A stretch of DNA of 61,701 bases, from contig JABHLN010000006.1 of the NCBI GenBank assembly GCA_018693105.1, positions 1-61,701 of the forward strand. Direction: 5' to 3'. Under the pieces are notes generated by a model. It saw only the letters and a program-made list of their open reading frames with translations, had not been told where the DNA came from and searched no databases. Every line of letters starts with the position of its first letter. The first letter of the stretch is position 1. The DNA is from Desulfobacterales bacterium. Lineage in GTDB: Bacteria > Desulfobacterota > Desulfobacteria > Desulfobacterales > SURF-7. Shown here piece after piece: positions 21,050 through 31,324 of the stretch. Both the position numbers and the translations under genes were made by a program.

Positions 21050-22624
21050 ATGGGTCAAACTTATGACGCAATTATTATAGGCGCTGGTATGGGCGGCCTT
21101 ATGTGCGGTAATTTTCTTGCAAGAAAAGGCTGGAATGTAATTATTCTTGAGCACAACCATCAGCCCGGCGGATTAATGACAGGTATTAAACGAAAAGGTT
21201 TTTACTTCGACACCGGCGACCAGTCGATGGAAGACTCAGGTATAATATTTCCTCTGCTAAAACTTCTTGACCTCTATGATGAGAATGAATGGGACAACTG
21301 TACCGTTCGCTACATTATAAAAGACAGGCTTGATTATGTATTGGATAACTATGAGAATATGGCGGAAAAATTCTGCGAAGCCTTTCCAAAAGATAAAAAA
21401 GGTATCACAAACCATTTCAAAAAAATATCTGATTTCAGTGACCTGTTAAATGAAATTAGGCTCAAAGCCCTTATGCCGAACACATCGGAAGGTATTAAAA
21501 GAATAGTAAATTTTATCAGATTTATGGCGCTTAATATAAAAAATTTTAAGAAAGCAAAAGAGCTGTTTGCCGGCAAGTTCGACGATATGATAAAAAAAGA
21601 TATTTCTGATCCTGAGGCTGTTGAATTCCTTGTTTCTATGGGATACCCGGAACAGAGTATGTTTATGGGAGTAGGTGCATTGAACTGCCATGTTAACGAT
21701 TACTGGTATCCAAAAAACGGCATCCAGGGAATAATAAACAAGCTGGCTGATAATTTCAAAGCATTGGGTGGTGAGATCAAATACAAGACTCTTGTTGATG
21801 AAATTCTGCTTGATGGAAAACGGGTAAAAGGTGTTAAAACTAATAATGGGGATGAATTTACATCAAAAAAGGTTGTAAGCTGTGGTGATATGGTCAGATT
21901 GTTTACCGAGATGCTGCCCCAAAATATCGCCAAACCCGAATACATAAAAAAGATTACTGAAGCGCCTGTTACAGAACCGTTTGCAAGTGTATATATCGGT
22001 CTTGACATTCCCCAGGAGGATCTAACAAAAATACTAAAAGCTCACCACACATTCTATTTCACTCAATTACACAGAAATGATATTTCTAAAGTTGATGATC
22101 CGGATCTTCACAGCAGGGGATGGATTGAAATTAATGCTCCCGGAGTGAGTTGCCCGGAGCTGATGCCCGAAGGCAAGTCAGCAATAACCGTCCAGATATT
22201 AACCAACTACAAATGGATGGACAATTGGGGAACAGGGGGTGATGATACTGCTCGGCCTGAAAAATATAGAGAACTTAAAAACAAAGTGGCAGATGATGTT
22301 CTTGATATGGTCGAGAATGTAATTCCCGATATCAGGGAAAAAATCGAATTTCTTGATGTCAGTACCCCTCTGTCAACAATCAGGTTCACTTTAAACAAGG
22401 ACGGTGCTTCATGCGCATTTACAGTTGATCCTGATAAGTCTCCATTTGCGGAAGGGCCTTATCCATTCAGAACACCTGTAAGGGGTTTGTATCAGGCAGG
22501 GCACTGGACATACTGGCCGGGAGGTGTAATTGGTGCAGCCATGTCAGGCAAAATGGTTGCCTCAAAAATGATTTCGGGTAGGTTTTCTGATTTGACTGAT
22601 AGAATATATCAGATATTTCATTAG
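21050..22624 (+). CDS. Phytoene desaturase/retinol saturase-like FAD oxidoreductase (COG1233)
   Basis: YDAIIIGAGMGGL, EHNHQPGG, STPLS, GLYQAGHW..PGGGV-like C-terminus; true start MGQTYD behind GGGGGTG (track start lies inside the MITE). Confidence 0.88.
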   Translation: MGQTYDAIIIGAGMGGLMCGNFLARKGWNVIILEHNHQPGGLMTGIKRKGFYFDTGDQSMEDSGIIFPLLKLLDLYDENEWDNCTVRYIIKDRLDYVLDNYENMAEKFCEAFPKDKKGITNHFKKISDFSDLLNEIRLKALMPNTSEGIKRIVNFIRFMALNIKNFKKAKELFAGKFDDMIKKDISDPEAVEFLVSMGYPEQSMFMGVGALNCHVNDYWYPKNGIQGIINKLADNFKALGGEIKYKTLVDEILLDGKRVKGVKTNNGDEFTSKKVVSCGDMVRLFTEMLPQNIAKPEYIKKITEAPVTEPFASVYIGLDIPQEDLTKILKAHHTFYFTQLHRNDISKVDDPDLHSRGWIEINAPGVSCPELMPEGKSAITVQILTNYKWMDNWGTGGDDTARPEKYRELKNKVADDVLDMVENVIPDIREKIEFLDVSTPLSTIRFTLNKDGASCAFTVDPDKSPFAEGPYPFRTPVRGLYQAGHWTYWPGGVIGAAMSGKMVASKMISGRFSDLTDRIYQIFH

Positions 22625-22630
22625 TAATTA

Positions 22631-23254
22631 TTATTTTAATACCCCGTTAAAAATCACATCATATAACTCATCGGCAAGAAGATCTGTATTAATCTCACTT
22701 CCCCGAAGAATACCAGGCAGACACAGGTTCTCTATACCCCCAAGAAGTATGTTTCTTATTCGTGAAGCTGAAAGATCCTCACGTATTTGGCCCTCCTCAA
22801 CACCTTCAATAATAATATCCAAAACCAGTTTGTTATATATTTTTGTCAACTCATAATGTTCGGTTTCAAAATACTCTGGAAAATTCCTTACTTCCAGGAG
22901 AAGTATTTTAGCAAAAACGCGATTATTATCATGCTGATTGATATGACTCCAAATAAGCTTTCGAATTTTGTTGGATGCACCCTTAATTCCCTTCAAATCA
23001 GCAACAATCTTTACTAAAAACTCTTGAAAAAACTCAGTAAGCACATGATATAAAAGGCCTCTTTTGCTCTTGAAATATCTAAATATCAATGCTTCATTTA
23101 CACCGGCATTTTTTGCAATCTCTGCTGTTGTGATTGAGTCAAACTTTTTTTCTTCAAGAAGCTTTCGAAACTCTTTATCAATTTTTATACGACTTTCAGG
23201 GTATGGCTTATTTTTTTTAATAAGGGAATTAGGTTTCTCTTCGTCTTTTCTCAT
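22631..23254 (-). CDS. TetR-family regulator (FadR/YsiA-like)
   Basis: ITTAEIAKNAGVNEALIFRYFKSK HTH. Confidence 0.92.
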   Translation of the reverse strand: MRKDEEKPNSLIKKNKPYPESRIKIDKEFRKLLEEKKFDSITTAEIAKNAGVNEALIFRYFKSKRGLLYHVLTEFFQEFLVKIVADLKGIKGASNKIRKLIWSHINQHDNNRVFAKILLLEVRNFPEYFETEHYELTKIYNKLVLDIIIEGVEEGQIREDLSASRIRNILLGGIENLCLPGILRGSEINTDLLADELYDVIFNGVLK

Positions 23255-23623
23255 ATTTTTTTGCCTTTTAGTATTAAACCGCGTTTATCCGGTAAAACAG
23301 AAAGTGCCGCTTACTTTTTTTTACAAATCACTTGACTTTACTAAAAACACAGTGTAAGTAACACATACATTATATATTAAATTTGTCAATATTTATATAA
23401 TATATAATAATATAAATTATATTACAAATACATGTTCCTGTTTACTTGAAGGGGCCGATTAAGCCGGTTTTTTTAAATCGGCATTATTTAATTTAATATT
23501 AGCTGTATATTTATCCGGTTGTGTTTAAAACCAGTTCATAATAATATATATTAATTCGACCTTAAACATCTTTAACAGAAAAAAACATAAACTGGGAAAA
23601 ATAATTATCAGGAGGGCAATATA

Positions 23624-24703
23624 ATGTCAAAGGTAGTAGTAAAAAACTCGGACTTCGATAATTTACCAGAAGCTATATCCGGTATTTTCGAAGAGTTAAA
23701 TATCGATTTAAAGGGCAAAAGCGTTTTGATCAAACCTAATTTTGCAGCTTCTGTAGGACCTGTAAAATCAGCTATTACAGACCCAAGGGTTGTAAAAGCC
23801 GTACTTGATGAATGTCTGAAACAGACAGATAATGTTGTGATCGGTGAAAACCCGGGTAATATGGACACAGGAGCGATGCACTGCATTGAGGCATCAGGAA
23901 TGCTTGAACTTGCAAGCGATTATTATGAAAATATCAGTAAAGAAGCTGAATTTGTTGATATCGGATCAAAAATTATTCCAAACGCATTCCTTTCAAAGAA
24001 GATCTCTTCGGTTGACTATGTAATCAACATTCCTAAAATGAAAACGCATGTCCTTACCGGAGTTTCATGTTGTGTTAAAAACCTCTTCGGTTATGTCGTC
24101 GGCGCAATTAAATCAAGATACCATCTTGAATCAAAAAGCGCTAAAGGTCTTACCCAGTTTTTTATAGACCTGTATAAATATAAGACACCTTATCTCAACA
24201 TTATTGATGCCATATATGCAATGGAGGGCGGTGGACCTACACACGGTGACACACGTCATGTTGGTAAAATCATCGGCTGCACAAACGGTGTGGAGGGTGA
24301 TGCTGTAATAACCAAAATGATGGATTGGGAGCCCCGCCATATACATGGACTTGTAATGGCCCACGACCAGGGGCTTGGTGAAATAGACATTGATAAAATT
24401 GATGTTGTAGGAGATTTTGAAGTTCTACCTGAATTTAAAAGGCCTCCAACATTTGATAAAATTCACACTGAATTTAATCCATATGAAGAAATCACAAAGA
24501 TTACACCTACAATTGATGAATCCAAATGCACCGTATGTCAGCTCTGCGCAGAAGAATCCTGTCCTGCCGATGCTATCGATTTTGAACCTGGATATGCTAA
24601 CATTAATACTGACAAATGTATCTCCTGTTATTGTTGTGTGGAATTCTGTCCTGAAGCAGCTTTATCTGTTGAATACCAAAAGGATTTCTACGAAATTGCA
24701 TAA
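23624..24703 (+). CDS. DUF362 Fe-S protein with C-terminal 2x[4Fe-4S] ferredoxin domain
   Basis: LIKPN, PKMKTH, KNLFG, EGGGP; CTVCQLC..CP and CISCYCCVEFCP. Confidence 0.9.
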   Translation: MSKVVVKNSDFDNLPEAISGIFEELNIDLKGKSVLIKPNFAASVGPVKSAITDPRVVKAVLDECLKQTDNVVIGENPGNMDTGAMHCIEASGMLELASDYYENISKEAEFVDIGSKIIPNAFLSKKISSVDYVINIPKMKTHVLTGVSCCVKNLFGYVVGAIKSRYHLESKSAKGLTQFFIDLYKYKTPYLNIIDAIYAMEGGGPTHGDTRHVGKIIGCTNGVEGDAVITKMMDWEPRHIHGLVMAHDQGLGEIDIDKIDVVGDFEVLPEFKRPPTFDKIHTEFNPYEEITKITPTIDESKCTVCQLCAEESCPADAIDFEPGYANINTDKCISCYCCVEFCPEAALSVEYQKDFYEIA

Positions 24704-24745
24704 ACCGGTTTCTCTGCAAGTTGGTTTATATCAAGGAGGTAAGTA

Positions 24746-26062
24746 ATGAAAACAAGTAAGGCGAATGTTCTTATTATCGGTTCAGGGGTCGGCGGAATCT
24801 GCTCTGCAGCGCGCCTTATAAAAAAAGGGCTCAAGGTTACTATTGTTGAACAGCTTCCGTATCTTGGAGGACGTTGTTCAACCCGTGAATATAAAGGTCA
24901 TAAAACTACAACAGGCGGTATTATTCTCCCTCTTGGAGGGGGCAGCACGTTCCAGGAAGCCTTTGACATGCTTGGAGCAGAATTTAATATGAGGCCTATT
25001 GGCGGGAAGGACAAAGGAGGAACTCTTTACAGACTTCCGGACAGAACTTATGAGATGACACCAAAGAACGGATTGAGAGGATTGTTACAGTTCTGCCTCA
25101 ATGATGATGAAGCAGGAAATGAACTATACAGCCATTTCAAACGAGCCCTTCACTGGTCCGAGCCTCTATATAATATAACTTTTTCAGAATGGCTTTCTCA
25201 ATATTCCCATAATACGGATCTTCATGAAATTTTTCAGGGACATGTCGGCGGATTTGTTGGTGTAAATATAGATGAATGCCCTGCCGGTGAATTCTTCCGT
25301 AACCTCAAATTGTCTGCCAGAACTTACGGATTTGGTACGGCGGTTAACGGGAATATTGACCTGATGAATTCTCTTGCCGCAGCGATAAAAAACAAAGGCG
25401 GAAGAATCAGCACGGAAACTTCCTGCAAGCAGATTTTAGTGGAAAACGGCATTGTTAAAGGTGCAATTGTTGAAAAAGATGGAGAAGAAGAAACTATTAA
25501 TGCCGATTTTGTAATCAGCAATGCAGGGCCGGACTTGACTGTTGAACTTGCGGGAACAGAAAATTTTGAAAAAAGCTATATGACTCTTCTTACCGAACAC
25601 AATTTTAAAACACCGGTTGTACATATATCAATGAGCACTGATGAGCCTATCGAAGATTTTCCAGGTATAGTCACTTTTGGTCACACAAGAAGACTGGTAT
25701 TCCTTGAAACACCTTCGGTTACCTGCCCTGAACTTGTACCTGAAGGAAAACATATTACAACAACATATAGTGTCCCAAAACTTTCTGCCGGTCCTCTTAA
25801 ACTTCCGGAAACAATTGAAATGGTAATGCTGGATCTGCGGGATTTTTACCCGAATTTCCAGGAAGCGGAGCTTTTCCACATTGCTACTCATCACAGTGGC
25901 TGGCCCGCCATGCGCAGGTGGCCGGGCTACCCGATGCCCACAAGAACTCCGGTTGTAAACCTTTATAATGTCGGGGACGGATGCCAGCCCCTTGGGTATG
26001 TCGGAATTGAGGCCTGTGCTATAACTGCCAGGGATGTTTCTAATGAAATAGCTCCGGATTAA
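24746..26062 (+). CDS. Phytoene dehydrogenase-like FAD oxidoreductase, paralog 1
   Basis: IIGSGVGG, LGGR, NLYNVGDG. Confidence 0.85.
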   Translation: MKTSKANVLIIGSGVGGICSAARLIKKGLKVTIVEQLPYLGGRCSTREYKGHKTTTGGIILPLGGGSTFQEAFDMLGAEFNMRPIGGKDKGGTLYRLPDRTYEMTPKNGLRGLLQFCLNDDEAGNELYSHFKRALHWSEPLYNITFSEWLSQYSHNTDLHEIFQGHVGGFVGVNIDECPAGEFFRNLKLSARTYGFGTAVNGNIDLMNSLAAAIKNKGGRISTETSCKQILVENGIVKGAIVEKDGEEETINADFVISNAGPDLTVELAGTENFEKSYMTLLTEHNFKTPVVHISMSTDEPIEDFPGIVTFGHTRRLVFLETPSVTCPELVPEGKHITTTYSVPKLSAGPLKLPETIEMVMLDLRDFYPNFQEAELFHIATHHSGWPAMRRWPGYPMPTRTPVVNLYNVGDGCQPLGYVGIEACAITARDVSNEIAPD

Positions 26063-26271
26063 TTCCGGTAATCCTAAAAACAAACAATTTGAGGCAAAGT
26101 TGGTATCAGTAATTGAATCTTCAAAATATTATTTTACAGGCTTTGTCCTGTTTCATGCCCAAAAGAGTCAATTGAAGCGAAAAGCATTGCAGTTGTTATT
26201 GAGGATACTCGTTCTTACTGTTTTGATTACACATCCAACTGCCCTGTTGATACTATCGAGGAGGCAATATA

Positions 26272-27579
26272 ATGAAGGAAAGTAAAACTGATGTTTTAAT
26301 TATAGGAGCAGGGGTCGGTGGCCTTTGTGCTGCAGCAAAGCTCATAACAAAAGGTATTAAGGTCATAGTTGCTGAAAGTCTTCCTTATGTCGGAGGCCGG
26401 TTTTCATCAAGAGATTGCAACGGTTTTCAGGTAACCACAGGGGCTATTATGGTTCCTTACGGTGAAACCAGTATATTTAATGAATCGTTTGATGACGTCG
26501 GTGTAAAGATGCGGGTTCGTGAAGCAAAAGGAGGTTTTCAGTACAAGCTTCAAAAGGGTACTTATACTGTTCCTGATAAGGGTGGTCTTTTCGGTATGAT
26601 AAATTTCGCACTGGAAGATGAAGAAAAAGCAAAGGAAATTGCAAACCTTTTCAAACATGCAATGACCTGGATGATGCCGTCCGACGCAATTTCCTTTAAG
26701 GAATGGCTCATGCAATACACAGACAATCAGGACCTGCACGACCTGTTTCAGGGATATATAGGCGCATTTATCGGTGTCAACGCATATGAATGCCCTACAG
26801 CCGAACTTTTTCGTTTTCTAAGAGACGGCATGACAAGATTTAAATTTGGTGTCTCAATACATGGTAATGCCGACCTTATGGATTCTCTTGCAGAAGGTGT
26901 TACTAATAAAGGTGTCAGGTTAAGTACTGAAACCTACTGCAAAAAAATAATCGTGGAAAACTACAGGGCCATAGGTGCGATCATAGAGAAAAACGGTGTA
27001 GAAGAAACCGTATATGCAGATCATATCATAAGTAATGTCGGGCCCAACATGACTGTCGAACTTTCAGGAGAGGAACACTTCGAACGAAGCTATATGACCT
27101 TGTTAAAAGAACGGCAGTCGGTTACCCCGGTTATACATCTTGCAATTTGTGCAAGGGAACCATTACACGATTTCCCCGGAATTATCTGCACAGGAGGAAC
27201 AAGGCGTCTTGTTTTTATGGAAAGTCCCACAATGACATGTCCTGAACTGGCTCCTGAAGGATGGCACCTTTCAAACACATTCAGTGTACCGGCAAACACT
27301 ACAGGTCCTTTAAGACTTGAAGAGACAATTGAATTTGTTAAACAGGATATTCTTGACTTCTTCCCAAAATTTAAAGAAGCGGAAGTACTTCTTCAGGCCA
27401 CTCACCACAGGGAATGGCCTGCAATGCGTAGATGGCCTGGTTTTCCCATGCCGACAAAAACACCGGTCGAAAACCTGTATAATGTAGGCGACGGCTGTAT
27501 GCCCCGGGGTTTTGTGGGGATTGAAGCTGCTGCAATGTCAAGCAAAGATGTTGTGGAAGATATATTAATCCGAGGATAA
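26272..27579 (+). CDS. Phytoene dehydrogenase-like FAD oxidoreductase, paralog 2
   Basis: IIGAGVGG, VGGR, NLYNVGDG; shares WPAMRRWPG and RRLVF.E.P..TCPEL.PEG with paralog 1. Confidence 0.85.
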   Translation: MKESKTDVLIIGAGVGGLCAAAKLITKGIKVIVAESLPYVGGRFSSRDCNGFQVTTGAIMVPYGETSIFNESFDDVGVKMRVREAKGGFQYKLQKGTYTVPDKGGLFGMINFALEDEEKAKEIANLFKHAMTWMMPSDAISFKEWLMQYTDNQDLHDLFQGYIGAFIGVNAYECPTAELFRFLRDGMTRFKFGVSIHGNADLMDSLAEGVTNKGVRLSTETYCKKIIVENYRAIGAIIEKNGVEETVYADHIISNVGPNMTVELSGEEHFERSYMTLLKERQSVTPVIHLAICAREPLHDFPGIICTGGTRRLVFMESPTMTCPELAPEGWHLSNTFSVPANTTGPLRLEETIEFVKQDILDFFPKFKEAEVLLQATHHREWPAMRRWPGFPMPTKTPVENLYNVGDGCMPRGFVGIEAAAMSSKDVVEDILIRG

Positions 27580-27599
27580 GCTTTTCTATTGGAAACAAC

Positions 27600-27632
27600 C
27601 GTTGTCTGAAGGCTCATTGTCTTCAGGCAACG
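27600..27632. terminator. Hairpin between convergent genes
   Basis: CGTTGTCTGAAGG / TCTTCAGGCAACG 13-bp stem. Confidence 0.6.
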
Positions 27633-27685
27633 ATTCTCTTAACTTCATACTATTAGTTCGAAGTTCCGTGTTAAACCGATTCCGG

Positions 27686-29248
27686 TTATAAATGTAGTTT
27701 TCGTAATTCTTTCTTTAGTAATTTGCCACTTGGATTTTTTGGTATTTCATCCATAAAAATAATTTTCTTTGGTACTTTATAAGCAGCCATATTTTGTTTC
27801 GCCCAGCTTATAATCTCCTTTTCCTCAGCTTCCGTATCGGGCTTCAATGTAATAACTGCAGTAATCGCTTCTCCCCAGACATCATCAGGCAGACCTATGA
27901 CCGCTACTTCTAATATTTTTGGATGTTCAAATAATGTTGCTTCCACATCGGCAGATGCAACGTTTTCACCACCTGTTTTAATCATATCTTTTAACCGGTC
28001 AATAAAATACAAATAACCCTTTTCATCAAATTTTCCCAGATCACCCGTGTGATGCCAGCCGCCCCTCAGGGTTTGCGATGTTTTTTCATCTTCTTTGAAA
28101 TAACCGGTCATAACCGACTTGCCCCTCAAGACAATTTCTCCTACTTCACCCGACGGAAGCTCTTTGTCATCCATATCGAAAATTTTTATCTCAATTCCTG
28201 TCATAGGTTTGCCAACAGATTCGGGGTTATTTTCAAACTCCTTACCTATATTCATAGCTCCCATAGCATTTACTTCCGTCTGCCCCCATCCGTGAGTATA
28301 GATAATACCCGGTGAAATCTTTTTCCACATTTTAAGAAGGGCTGGTGGTACAAGAGCACCCCAGACCGCGCAAACCCGGAGAGAGGTCAGATCATAGTTT
28401 TCAAAACCGGGCACATTCGGAAGGTTCATATATACGGTTGTGGGCCATGACCAGTGGGTGATTCTCTCTTCATCTGTTAATTCGAGAACCTCTTTCATAT
28501 CAGGTATATATTCAAGTACTAAAAGATTGCCCATGGCAATTTGTGCAAAAGAAAGGTAGGTTGCTGCTATATGAAAAAGCGGGGCCCCAAGAAGCATAAT
28601 ATCTCCCGGCACTATCTGCAAATCAAGAGGGGCTGCAGCATAGGTAGAAAAATATCCCCCGTGTGAAAGAATAACACCTTTTGGAGCAGCTTCAGTTCCT
28701 GATGTATATAAAAGAATAGCCGGGTCACCGTCATATAATATCGCCTCAGGTTCATCATCAGGATTTTCTTCAGAGCATAAATCCGTAAAGTTTAACCAGT
28801 TACCTGGAACATCAATATCTGACAGTTTTATATATCCGAAATTCTTTACACCTTTAAGGTCATCTTTAATTTTCATAACCTCGGGCACCAGAATATCTTC
28901 AACAAGAAAAAATACAGATTCGGAATGTATTACAATATCTTTTATTTCCCTATCTTTTAGCATCCAGTTAATAGGTGTCATTACCGCACCAATTTTGAGG
29001 AGTGCCCATGAATAGAAAAGATAGTAATCACAATTATGAGAAAGGATTGCGGCCTTGTCTCCCTTTTTGATTCCAAGTGAAGACAACCCGTAGGCGCATC
29101 GATTCACAATATTATTGAATTCTCTGTATGTGTAATTTTTATCCCTGAACCTGAGAATTCTATTGTTTGGATTCCTTGCTGTAGACTTTACAAGTAAGTC
29201 ACCCACAACACTTCTTCTAAGTATATTTTGTCCAAGAGTTGCCACCAT
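27686..29248 (-). CDS. Acyl-CoA synthetase, duplicate 1
   Basis: YTSGTEAAPKG, WGQTE, HTGDLG, KTGGENV, PKNPSGK. Confidence 0.95.
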   Translation of the reverse strand: MVATLGQNILRRSVVGDLLVKSTARNPNNRILRFRDKNYTYREFNNIVNRCAYGLSSLGIKKGDKAAILSHNCDYYLFYSWALLKIGAVMTPINWMLKDREIKDIVIHSESVFFLVEDILVPEVMKIKDDLKGVKNFGYIKLSDIDVPGNWLNFTDLCSEENPDDEPEAILYDGDPAILLYTSGTEAAPKGVILSHGGYFSTYAAAPLDLQIVPGDIMLLGAPLFHIAATYLSFAQIAMGNLLVLEYIPDMKEVLELTDEERITHWSWPTTVYMNLPNVPGFENYDLTSLRVCAVWGALVPPALLKMWKKISPGIIYTHGWGQTEVNAMGAMNIGKEFENNPESVGKPMTGIEIKIFDMDDKELPSGEVGEIVLRGKSVMTGYFKEDEKTSQTLRGGWHHTGDLGKFDEKGYLYFIDRLKDMIKTGGENVASADVEATLFEHPKILEVAVIGLPDDVWGEAITAVITLKPDTEAEEKEIISWAKQNMAAYKVPKKIIFMDEIPKNPSGKLLKKELRKLHL

Positions 29249-29342
29249 AGTCCCCCCATTTTATCCGCTTTCAGGTTACTAAAATCGAAACTTCAGCAAA
29301 AGGCATAATGACTGATCAGGGTTAGCGGTATTTACTGCACAA

Positions 29343-30902
29343 TCAATACTGTTTACGCAATTCCTTTTTTAGTATTTTCCCGCTTGGGTTTTTTGGTATA
29401 TCATCCATAAAAATAATTTTCTTTGGTACTTTATAGGCAGCCATATTTTGTTTAGCCCAGGTTATAATCTCCTTTTCACCAGCTTCCGCATCTGGTTTCA
29501 ATGTAATATATGCAGTAATCGCTTCACCCCATGTATCATCAGGTAAACCAATGACCGCTACCTCCAATATTTTAGGATGTTCAAAAAGTGTCGCTTCAAC
29601 ATCTGCAGATGCAACATTTTCACCACCTGTCTTAATCATATCCTTTAACCGGTCAACGAAATAAAGATAGCCGTCTTCATCATATTTCCCCAGGTCACCT
29701 GTATGATGCCAGCCGCCCCTTAAGGTTTGTGAAGTTTTTTCCTTTTCCTTGTAGTAGCCGGTCATAACCGCTTTGCTCCTCAAGACAATTTCTCCTACTT
29801 CACCTACCGGCAGCTCATTGTCATCCGGGCCAAAAATTTTTAACTCCACTCCTGTCATAGGCTTACCGACAGATTCAGGATTCTTTTCAAACTCCTTACC
29901 TATATTCATTGTTCCCATTGCATTTACTTCTGTCTGGCCCCATCCGTGAAGATAAGTAATACCAGGGGAAATCTTTTTCCACATCTTCAGAAGGGCCGGA
30001 GGAACAAGAGCCCCCCAGACTGCACAAACCTTAAGAGAGGTCAGGTCATAGTTTTCAAAACCGGGCACATTCGGAAGGTTCATATATACGGTTGTAGGCC
30101 ATGACCAGTGGGTGATCCTTTCTTCATGTGTTAATTCCAGCACCTCTTTCATATCAGGAATATATTCAAGTACCAGAAGATTCCCCATGGCAAATTGTGC
30201 AAAAGAAAGATAGGTTGCGGCTATATGAAAAAGCGGGGCCCCAAGAAGCATAATATCTCCCGGCGTTATCTTCAATTCAAGAGGGGCTGCGGCATAGGTA
30301 GAAAAATACCCCCCGTGTGAAAGAATAACCCCTTTTGGAGCAGCTTCAGTTCCTGATGTATATAAAAGAATAGCAGGATCACTGTCATCTAATATCAACT
30401 CCGGTTCTTCCGCAGGATATTTTTCAGAGCATAAATCCGCAAAATTTAACCAGTCCTCGGGAACATCAGCATCTGACAGCTTTATATATCCGAAATTCTT
30501 TACATCTTTAAGATCATCTTTAATTTTCATGACCTCTGGTATGAGAATATCTTCAACAAGAAAAAAAACAGATTCGGAATGTACTACAATATCTTTTATT
30601 TCCCTATCTTTAAGCATCCAGTTAATAGGTGTCATTACTGCACCAATTTTGAGGAGAGCCCATGAGTAGAAGAGATAATAATCACAATTATGAGAAAGGA
30701 TAGCGGCCTTATCTCCCTTTTTGATTCCAAGTGAAGACAACCCGGAAGCACATCGATTCACTATATTATTGAATTCTCTGTATGTGTAATTTTTATCCCT
30801 GAACCTCAGAATTCTATTGTTTGGGTTCCTTTCCACAGACTTTACAAGTAAATCACCTACAACACTTCTTCGTAGTAAATTTTGTTCAAGAGTTGCCGCC
30901 AT
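29343..30902 (-). CDS. Acyl-CoA synthetase, duplicate 2
   Basis: Same motifs; near-identical to 27686-29248. Confidence 0.95.
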   Translation of the reverse strand: MAATLEQNLLRRSVVGDLLVKSVERNPNNRILRFRDKNYTYREFNNIVNRCASGLSSLGIKKGDKAAILSHNCDYYLFYSWALLKIGAVMTPINWMLKDREIKDIVVHSESVFFLVEDILIPEVMKIKDDLKDVKNFGYIKLSDADVPEDWLNFADLCSEKYPAEEPELILDDSDPAILLYTSGTEAAPKGVILSHGGYFSTYAAAPLELKITPGDIMLLGAPLFHIAATYLSFAQFAMGNLLVLEYIPDMKEVLELTHEERITHWSWPTTVYMNLPNVPGFENYDLTSLKVCAVWGALVPPALLKMWKKISPGITYLHGWGQTEVNAMGTMNIGKEFEKNPESVGKPMTGVELKIFGPDDNELPVGEVGEIVLRSKAVMTGYYKEKEKTSQTLRGGWHHTGDLGKYDEDGYLYFVDRLKDMIKTGGENVASADVEATLFEHPKILEVAVIGLPDDTWGEAITAYITLKPDAEAGEKEIITWAKQNMAAYKVPKKIIFMDDIPKNPSGKILKKELRKQY

Positions 30903-31235
30903 AATCCCCCCATTCTAATATTTGGTAAATCTATATAAAAAGACACAACCTTATAATCTGTCTAATTTCCAACCTTCTACTGCCGTGTTTATTTCTATTA
31001 AATATTATCAATACCTGAAAGTTCAGCTGTGTTTTCTTGTAGTGTATGAACGACTATTTTTTTCTGTTGAACATCGTATTATAAATATTCTTAAATGACA
31101 TGAAAAACAATAAATTATATTGAACAGAAATAAGTGTTATTAAATTCATGAATAAAATCTATGATTTAATATGATAGATAGAACCTATGGTAAGATTTTA
31201 ATGGTTCTTGATTTAAAATTTTTACTTTTATTACT

Positions 31236-31274
31236 AAAAAAGGCTCACCGGAGATTTCCCGGCAAGCCCTTTTT
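31236..31274 (-). terminator. Intrinsic terminator after the MMPL gene
   Basis: AAAAAAGGCT.CCGG..CCGG.AGCCCTTTTT hairpin with A/T tracts on both sides. Confidence 0.6.
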
Positions 31275-31324
31275 AAATTTACCCGATATTCAGCTATAAA
31301 CCGTATATCGTTTATTTATATTTA

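Noticed and set aside
21050-27579. Carotenoid biosynthesis cluster
   Set aside because: No crtB, crtE or cyclase; the context is catabolic
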